Source: Candidatus Saccharimonadota bacterium (GTDB lineage: Bacteria; Patescibacteriota; Gracilibacteria; BD1-5; UBA6164). Taken from it: a stretch of 32,000 bases of DNA. Shown piece by piece: positions 22,819-29,766 of the stretch; position 1 is the first letter of the stretch, and every line of letters begins with the position of its first letter. Under the pieces are notes generated by a model that saw only the letters and a program-made list of their open reading frames with translations, was not told the origin of the DNA and did not search any database. The stretch spans positions 390,001 to 422,000 of the forward strand of contig CP042461.1 of the NCBI GenBank assembly GCA_004563595.2, read 5' to 3'. The translations under genes were made by a program, and so were the position numbers.

Positions 22819-23256
22819 TTAGCTCTGAACAAGGTTTATTTTTTTTAAAATATCGGTCCATTTTATTACAAGTTTATCAAAAATTATAGGATCGTCGTCA
22901 GAGATTATACTGTTTGTATCTTTTTGATCCAAATATACATCATTTATCTTGATTTCAATTTTTCTAAATTTTCGGTGATAGAGAATCGTTATACTTATAT
23001 AACCTTCTGGCAAACAACGATTCATTATAGAATCAAAATCATTTATTTTGAAGCTAAAATGGTATTGATCTATAGAGCTTATCTCAAATGCATAGCATTT
23101 TGGATGATCGAGCATAATATATTTGTTGTCTTCATCTGCTATATTTGAAGGTTCTCCGTTACTTCCTAACTCAATATCTAATTTTTTGTAATCATCAATA
23201 GCTATTGTAATGCTTTCACGGAACTTTAATAATAGAGCTTTGTCTACTTCATCCAT
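22819..23256 (-). CDS. Hypothetical protein (145 aa), island ORF E; no in-frame TGA
   Basis: Intact standard-code ORF with AGGAAG about 10 nt upstream of the ATG and a TAA stop. Only 25 nt separate it from ORF D, so the two probably form a small operon. Confidence 0.6.
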   Translation of the reverse strand: MDEVDKALLLKFRESITIAIDDYKKLDIELGSNGEPSNIADEDNKYIMLDHPKCYAFEISSIDQYHFSFKINDFDSIMNRCLPEGYISITILYHRKFRKIEIKINDVYLDQKDTNSIISDDDPIIFDKLVIKWTDILKKINLVQS

Positions 23257-23384
23257 AATTTTACTTCTTCCTAGTGGAACTTATTAAAACAGCATGTTTC
23301 AATTTCAAGTAATCAACTAAAGTATATTACTTATAATGTTTTCGTTTCTAATGTCAAATTTTGTAGGCTGGTTTTTTTGTAATC

Positions 23385-23418
23385 AAAAAACCACTCGATG
23401 ATGACATCGTGTGGTTTT
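23385..23418 (-). terminator. Rho-independent terminator after island ORF F
   Basis: Hairpin CCACTCGAT / ATCGTGTGG (one mismatch), flanked by an A6 run and a T5 run, so it can work on either strand. Confidence 0.55.
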
Positions 23419-23440
23419 TAAGTATTGCTTATAACGACAA

Positions 23441-23965
23441 CTAATTGCATAATAAACCATCAACCTGTTTTGCTTTTATTTTATGATTTTTATTTTTGTT
23501 TTTTTCGAGAAAATTAGCATCATCCATGAAAAAATTTTCAGCTTCTAATGCATTTATTTGTCCACTTCTAGTGTCAAATAGATAATTTCTTAACTCATAA
23601 CCAAGAGCTTCGCAGCTAGGTTTATCACGAATTATTTTTGGAAAAAGAAAATCAAGAGCTTTTTTATCTCGTGTTCTCCCAGTCCAAGGTACGCGGGTTT
23701 TTCTTGCAGGTATAATCTTAAAATCAGATATCAAGCCAGCATCATTTTTTATATATCTTACTCTCCATTTATTTGGATTATCTTTGCGGATAGCTATTCG
23801 TTTCCCGCGCTCATATAAAAATGTTACTAGATCCTGAAAATTAGAATCATGAGAACGGTACCGCGAGTTTTTTATTTCGTAAAATACATCTGGATGATTC
23901 AAATATATTTGCGCTAATGTTTGTGAGTGTATATCATCAAAACTAACAATTTCTCGAAAGTCCAT
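23441..23965 (-). CDS. Hypothetical basic protein (174 aa), island ORF F; no in-frame TGA
   Basis: Intact standard-code ORF with GAGGA about 9 nt upstream of the ATG and a TAG stop. It uses CGN Arg codons and CpG (for example ACCGCGAG, CCCGCGC, TACGCGGG on the plus strand), which I rarely saw in flanking genes. No family recognised. Confidence 0.6.
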   Translation of the reverse strand: MDFREIVSFDDIHSQTLAQIYLNHPDVFYEIKNSRYRSHDSNFQDLVTFLYERGKRIAIRKDNPNKWRVRYIKNDAGLISDFKIIPARKTRVPWTGRTRDKKALDFLFPKIIRDKPSCEALGYELRNYLFDTRSGQINALEAENFFMDDANFLEKNKNKNHKIKAKQVDGLLCN

Positions 23966-24045
23966 ATCCTACATCCTCTGTTTAGAAAAACAAACTATGT
24001 AATATCTTGTATACTCAGAATTCACTTGATGTCAAAAAATAAGGA

Positions 24046-24079
24046 TCAAAAAAACTGAGGGACTACATACCTCCTCAGT
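24046..24079 (-). terminator. Rho-independent terminator after island ORF G
   Basis: Stem CTGAGG / CCTCAG with a 12-nt loop. A-run on one side and T-run on the other. Confidence 0.65.
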
Positions 24080-24108
24080 TTTTAAATACCTAATCTAAGA
24101 ATACTCTG

Positions 24109-24549
24109 TTACCAGAATTTCTTCAATTTAAGTATTGATTTTTCAATATCACTATACAATTCTGGAGAGAGAAAAGTTTTTTTCTCATCCCAAGACATAA
24201 GGTGACCATTGATTCTTACATTTACTTTTTTTGTGCAATAATTATAGGAGAGTCTTATAAATGAATTCGATCCTTGAATTGATGTATAAGGAAAAACAAA
24301 AATGAATCTAAAGTAACATCTTTTACCAAAAAGATAGTTTGGAGCTATTATTGTGTATGAATCTGTTTTATTTTGAAACGCTTCAGATATATCTGTTGTA
24401 AGATATTTACTGATTCCTACTTGCATAACATTTTTAGGAATTGAAGCAATTTCATTTAGCTCAGGAATATTTTGTTTTACTTGTGTTGTTTTACCTTCCA
24501 GTTTGTTATTAACTGGTACTTCAGGGAGGAGTAATTCTCTATATGTCAT
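24109..24549 (-). CDS. Hypothetical protein (146 aa), island ORF G; no in-frame TGA
   Basis: Intact standard-code ORF with GGAGA 7 nt upstream of the ATG and a TAA stop, followed by a terminator. Confidence 0.6.
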   Translation of the reverse strand: MTYRELLLPEVPVNNKLEGKTTQVKQNIPELNEIASIPKNVMQVGISKYLTTDISEAFQNKTDSYTIIAPNYLFGKRCYFRFIFVFPYTSIQGSNSFIRLSYNYCTKKVNVRINGHLMSWDEKKTFLSPELYSDIEKSILKLKKFW

Positions 24550-24609
24550 TTTTTTCTCCAGCCTATTTTTTTACAATACCATTAACGCAAAATGCATTAA
24601 TTCCTAGTC

Positions 24610-24638
24610 TTGTAAAAATATTGCACAACGTTTATAAT
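24610..24638 (+). promoter_or_regulatory. Sigma70-like promoter upstream of rnr
   Basis: TTGTAA (24610-24615), a 17-nt spacer, then TATAAT (24633-24638), about 110 nt upstream of the rnr ATG. Confidence 0.5.
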
Positions 24639-24750
24639 ATTTTATTAAATAATGTCAATTTTTTTTGTAAAAGAAAAAATTATAAACTATTTTCTTGGAA
24701 AATATAAGTAAGCAAGTACAATAAAAGCTAATTATTAATAGAAGAAAAAA

Positions 24751-26709
24751 ATGATAGAAAAAACCAAAAATAAAGAGCTGTGAGAAAATGAAATTATCTG
24801 AATATATGCGCAATGAAAATGAGATTTTTGATTTGTTGATGTGGAATGACGTGAGAAAGGTTATTTTGTTTTTTGAAGAAATTCTTTGAATGCAATGACT
24901 TGAGATAAAGTTTTTGCCACTGTAAAAGTATTTAAATGAAAGGAAGAAGCAGAAATAAAAAAAGTTCTGACAAGAAGAAAAGAACCAATTGTATGAGTTT
25001 TTAATGACTCATGAAGATTTGGTTTTGTTGCACCAAATGACCCATCATTTAAAAAAGATATATTTATTCCATGATCAAAAGCTCTAAAAGCAAAAGACGG
25101 TGAGATAGTAGCTGTAGAAGTGCTGAGCTGGGAAGGGAGGTCACCTGAATGAAAGGTTGTAAAAGTTTTATGAAAACCATGAGATAAATGAGTTGATGTG
25201 CTTGGGCTTGCTGTTGAATACGGAGCAAGAATGTGATTTGGATGAGCTATTAGGGAGGAACTTGAAAAAATACAGAAACCAGTTTCAATTAAAGATATCA
25301 ATAAAAGGAAAGATTTAAGAAAATTATTCACTATTACAATTGATTGAGAAGACTCAAAGGATCTTGATGATGCTGTGAGTGTTGAAAAAACTTCAAAAGG
25401 GAATTATGTACTCTCTGTTCATATTGCTGATGTTGCTCATTATGTAAAAGAAGGTCATGCAATTGATAAAGAAGCTTTGAGGAGATGAACTTCTATTTAC
25501 CTTGTAGATCAAGTGATTCCTATGCTTCCTAAAGAGCTTTCAAATGGTTTATGTAGCCTGAATCCAAATGAAGATAAGCTGACTCTTACATGTGAGATAG
25601 AGATTAATTCTGCATGACATATTGTAAATACGAATGTTTATGAATCTGTGATCAAGAGTGACTTTAGAATGACTTATAAAGAGGTTGATGAAATAATAGA
25701 ATCTAAGCAAGAGGTTGAAGAATGAAATACGCTCCTTTTCGGATGAATTATCTCAAAACAGCTCATTTCAATGCTTCAGGATTCTGAGAAATTAAGAGAT
25801 ATTCTTGCTCTTCATAAAAAATCACTTGGGGTATTGGAGTTTGATTTTCCTGAAACAAAAATAATTGTTGATAAAGATGGAAATCCAACAGAATTCAAAA
25901 AATATGAGAGATATAATTCAAATAAAATCATTGAAGAATTTATGGTCATGGCAAACGAAGCCATTTCAAGGAAATTTTCAGATATTCCATTCTTGTACAG
26001 AGTCCATCCAAAACCAAGCGAAGAGGATGTAGAAAAACTACAAAAAAACCTGGCAATTTTTTCATATACTCTTCCAAAAAAAGATAAAGTAAGCTCAAAA
26101 GATTTTGCTGTGATTCTGAATGAAATCAAGAATGATGCACGTGAAAAACTGCTCAGTAAAATGGTGTTAAGAAGTCTTACAAAAGCGATATATTCAGATG
26201 AAAGAGAATGACACTTTGGTCTCGCTCTAGATTATTATAGTCACTTTACTTCACCTATTAGAAGATATCCTGACCTACAAATACATAGAATTATAAAAGA
26301 AAAGCTTCATAAAAGGCTAGATAAGGGAAGAATAGGTCATTATAAACTTATTTTACCAAAAGTTGCGAATAAAACATCAGATTTAGAAGTAAAAGCTGAG
26401 AAACTTTCTTATAAAATTCAAGATCTGATGGCTGTAAAATATATGAAAAACAAGGTTGGGGAACAATTTGATGCTCATATCTCATGAGCAATCCAGCATT
26501 GAGTTTTTGTAGAGCTTGATAATACAATCGAATGATTTGTAGAGCTTAACGAGAAGTTCTGACCTTCAAATTTTGTGTTTGATGCTGATATGATGGAAAT
26601 GAAAAGCTCAATCTCACAAGTTAAATATTCTATATGAGATTCAGTAAAAGTTGAGCTTATAAAAGTTGACCCAAAATTACTCCGTCTAGATTTTGCATTG
26701 GTTCTCTAA
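24751..26709 (+). CDS. rnr: Ribonuclease R (3'-5' exoribonuclease, RNB family), 652 aa
   Basis: Two N-terminal CSD/OB units, then an RNB domain: [85 protein letters not shown]-terminal S1 domain follows ([20 protein letters not shown]). The frame-1 ORF opens after TAG 24739-24741, starts at ATG 24751 and stops at TAA 26707-26709. About 19 TGA fall in the first ~195 codons. Confidence 0.92.
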
Positions 26710-26755
26710 CTATGATACAATTGCTAAGAATAATTATATTTTTAGCAATTTTTTT

Positions 26756-27739
26756 ATGATCGAAAATCAAACTCAATTTTCTTCAGACTCTTTGGACCTT
26801 GATGGAAGAGTAAAAAGATCTGAGGTAAAAGAAATACAAAAACTTGGATCTTTAGAAAGCGAGGCTTTAAAAGTTACTATAAATACACAAAAAAAATTGA
26901 AAACTTTTTTGAATAATGAATATAGATGGGCAAATGAAAACTATATGAAACCTTTGCAAGTATCTGATATGCAAAATGCATTACAGATAACTGTAGATAA
27001 TAATTTTTGACCGGGAAACTTTCAAGCTCTTATTCAGTTTCAAAAAGATAATGGACTTATAACTGATGGCTTATGTGGACCTAAAACACAAGCTGTTTTA
27101 TTTGGTGATGTTGAGGAAACTCCAGTACAAGTTGTTACAGAGAAAACAGTTTTTAAAAAGAAAAGGAGTATAGCTCAACAAGAAATACCCATAAAAAAAG
27201 CAAAAGTACTTCATAGCTCATGAAAAAAACGTAGTATTATGGATGATTTTTCTGTGGTAGAAGATAGGTCAATTCATATGAAAAATGAAAAATTATCGAA
27301 GAATCAATTTCTTGCAAAAGCTCTATTAATGGGTGAAGAACTTCAAAAATCATATGGAATACCGAAAATGGTTGTAGTATGACAATCTTTGTTAGAATCA
27401 TGAGACTGACAAAGTGATTTATCTCAAAAATGAAATAATGTATTTGGGATGAAAGCAAGGTGAGGGGATGATTTTATACAATACAATTCAGATGAATATA
27501 TTCGTTGATCATATAGGACGAGATTTTCAAAGTTTAGGAGTTTTTCAAGCATGGATGAATCATTTGATGCATATGCAAAATTATTAACTAGCCCAAGGTA
27601 TTCATGAGCATTTAAGTTTAAAAATAACCCTGAAGAGTTTTTACATTCAATAAAAGAAAGCTGATATGCTACTGACCCCTCTTATGTTCAGAAGGTAAAA
27701 ACTAGGTTAGCAACATATTGATTATCTCTTAAATGATAA
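26756..27739 (+). CDS. Cell-wall hydrolase: peptidoglycan-binding domain plus glucosaminidase (FlgJ/mannosyl-glycoprotein endo-beta-N-acetylglucosaminidase-like) domain, 327 aa
   Basis: PG_binding_1-like block: MQNALQITVDNNFGPGNFQALIQFQKDNGLITDGLCGPKTQAVLFG. Glucosaminidase block: GIPKMVVVGQSLLESGDGQSDLSQKGNNVFGMKA...SMDESFDAYAKLLTS...GYATDPSYVQKV. The start is uncertain (ATG 26756, or TTG 26693 as in the track); see the frameshift finding. Confidence 0.8.
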
Positions 27740-27821
27740 AACCCTCACTCGTCAGAGGTTTTTATTTTGAATATCTTGAAAAAAGATTATTATAAATTGA
27801 ATTAAACACTAAGAAATATTC

Positions 27822-28979
27822 ATGATATATTTAAAAGCATTTTTACGTAAATTTGTAACTGAGAAATTTTTTAAAAAAGTAACTGCGTACGGATTGTTAA
27901 TCCTCCTTTTTTATGTATTTAAAGATTTCTTAGGAATATTTTTCTTGATTTTTATCTTTTCATATTTATTCCTAACATTTGGAGAATTCCTCAAAGAAAA
28001 AGCTGACCTTTTAGTGGAAAAGCTATTTCAATCTAAGAAAAAAAGAACTATCTGAAAACAACTTTTTTGCTTGAATACTATTATACTACTAGAGTATCTG
28101 ATTTTTGTTTGAATCATTATATTTACACTCTCAGACTTACTCCCAAAATTGATTTGAGAACTCTCAGAACTACCTAAAACAATGCCATTTATAGCAGATC
28201 AGTTGCATGTGATAACCTCAGAACTAAACGAGTTAAAGAAATTTAATTCTGAAATATGAGGAACAATAAGTGATGTAGTGGTTACTCAAGATTATGATGT
28301 CTTATTTGATATATTGAAAAAATTAAAATCAGCATCTATAATACTTTTACAAATACTTTGAGCTTTGATTTTGAGCTTTGTATTCATTATTGATAGACAA
28401 AAGGTAAAAAAATATTTACTTCAAATCAAAGAATCAAATTTTTGATTTTTATATAAAGAATACAGAATTATTATAGAAAGAATTGTAACAAGTTTTGGTT
28501 TGATTTTTAAAGCCCAATCAATGATTGCATGAATTAATGCCTTGCTCACCATTGCTTGACTTGTATGTATTGGACTTATCCATGGTGGAAGTTTCCCATA
28601 CTTATTAACACTTTGACTGATTGTCTTTATAGCTGGTTTTGTTCCTGTACTCTGAGTATTTTTATCAAGTATCCCTATATTTTTAGTTGCTTTTACTATG
28701 ATTTGAGGATACCAAGTAGTGATAGAGGTTATGCTTCTTATTGGGATCGTTCATACTATTGAAGCTTATTATCTAAATCCTAAGATTGTATCAAGCTTCA
28801 TAGAGCTTCCAGTGAGTCTGACGTTTATTATACTCATAGTATCTGAACACTTTTTCTGAGTAGCTTGATTACTTGTTTGAGTAAGTTTGTTTTACTTTAT
28901 CATTAGTTTATTCAGAGATGTTGATAAGATTGTAACCAAGACAAGAAAAAAAGTAGATGATGAAAGCCTAGAAGTATAA
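27822..28979 (+). CDS. AI-2E family transporter (PerM/YhhT, UPF0118), 385 aa
   Basis: Multi-pass membrane protein with family-typical blocks: GFVPVLGVFLSSIPIFLVAF, IVHTIEAYYLNPKIVSS and ELPVSLTFIILIV. The track shows only the first 77 aa, up to the first TGA. Confidence 0.82.
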
Positions 28980-28990
28980 AATAAAAAAAA

Positions 28991-29018
28991 GCATATATCT
29001 AAATATATGCTTTTTTTT
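28991..29018. terminator. Bidirectional rho-independent terminator
   Basis: Stem GCATATAT / ATATATGC with loop CTAA, flanked by A8 upstream and T8 downstream. Confidence 0.75.
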
Positions 29019-29019
29019 A

Positions 29020-29250
29020 TTACTTCTTTTTTTTAATTTCTCAAATGATTCTATTTTTATCTTTTTCTGATAATCAGAGATCACTTAAATATTGATTTAT
29101 CTTTTTCCAGAATGCTTTGTTTCACATTTGGTATACTTGCTTGGTAAATCCCTCCATTTTTTGTTTGTTATGAGTTATTATGCTTTTATAATAATTATTA
29201 AAATAAGTATTGATATGATTATAAAACTTGCTGTAAAAATAGACTTTCAT
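29020..29250 (-). CDS. Small hypothetical protein (76 aa), weak call
   Basis: Minus-strand ORF MKVYFYSKFYNHINTYFNNYYKS...GLSEKDKNRIIGEIKKKK with three in-frame TGA and a TAA stop at 29020-29022. It is low-complexity and has no SD. It is preceded by a strong SD plus 12-codon mini-ORF (29285-29323). Confidence 0.3.
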
Positions 29251-29402
29251 ACTAGATCTACCTGATTCGATGTGTTTGGTGCTTTTAGTCAGTATGACTT
29301 ATAAACTTTGGTAACAAAAACATTTTCTACTTCCTCCTTTTTATTCATAATAAAAAAGTATTAAAAATATAAATTTTAATACCAAAATAATAGGGCTATG
29401 TG

Positions 29403-29505
29403 GATGTTTTGACGAACAAAAAAGGGTAACTTAGAATACTTTTGTTCGCCAAAACATCATACTTCTTACATAAAAACATGTAGAGTATAAGCAACTAAGT
29501 TACCC
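29403..29505. ncRNA. Candidate structured RNA element (nested long inverted repeats), strand unknown
   Basis: A 19-bp stem (one mismatch) pairs GATGTTTTGACGAACAAAA (29403-29421) with TTTTGTTCGCCAAAACATC (29440-29458). Its 18-nt loop contains GGGTAACTTAG (29424-29434). That sequence is perfectly complementary to CTAAGTTACCC at 29495-29505. No ORF covers the region. Confidence 0.4.
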
Positions 29506-29715
29506 ACCTTTGTTTTTATATAAGAATAATATATGATATTTTGGCATGTATGATTTTATTTCATACTTAAAAAAAAGCAAATTTAATAAATTATTAATCA
29601 GCATATTTATTAAATACGTCAAGTAGAAAAAATATTTTTTTCATTTTGTTAATGTTTTGTTAAGGTCCTATGAGTATACTGTTTTTATCAAGTGACAAGG
29701 AGGAAACTTGATATT

Positions 29716-29749
29716 AAAAAAAGACGGTTAGGTGTTCCCGTCTTTTTTT
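29716..29749. terminator. Bidirectional rho-independent terminator (serves the GGDEF gene on the minus strand)
   Basis: Stem AGACGG / CCGTCT with a 10-nt loop, A7 upstream and T7 downstream. It lies 18 nt from the GGDEF stop codon. Confidence 0.75.
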
Positions 29750-29766
29750 GTGTGGATATATTTTAT

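Noticed and set aside
19153-24750. Island considered as a tRNA-integrated prophage or integrative element.
   Set aside because: I recognised no integrase, recombinase, transposase, capsid, terminase or replication gene. I also found no duplicated tRNA 3' fragment or other direct repeat at the borders. It is kept as a compositional island of unknown origin, not called a mobile_element.
24861-26129. Minus-strand ORFs 24861-25331 (156 aa) and 25812-26129 (105 aa).
   Set aside because: They are antisense to RNase R. Their sequences are Ser/Leu/Phe-rich with no motifs, while the plus frame carries the full CSD-RNB-S1 architecture.
29350-29760. Gene-free gap considered as RNase P RNA, tmRNA, SRP RNA or 6S RNA.
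   Set aside because: I could not find the diagnostic cores. RNase P's GAGGAAAGUCC P4 context is absent. There is no tRNA-like GGUUCGAUUCC...CCA end or tag ORF as in tmRNA. The SRP domain IV GGAAGCAGCC is absent. Only generic hairpins are present, so it is reported as an unclassified candidate.
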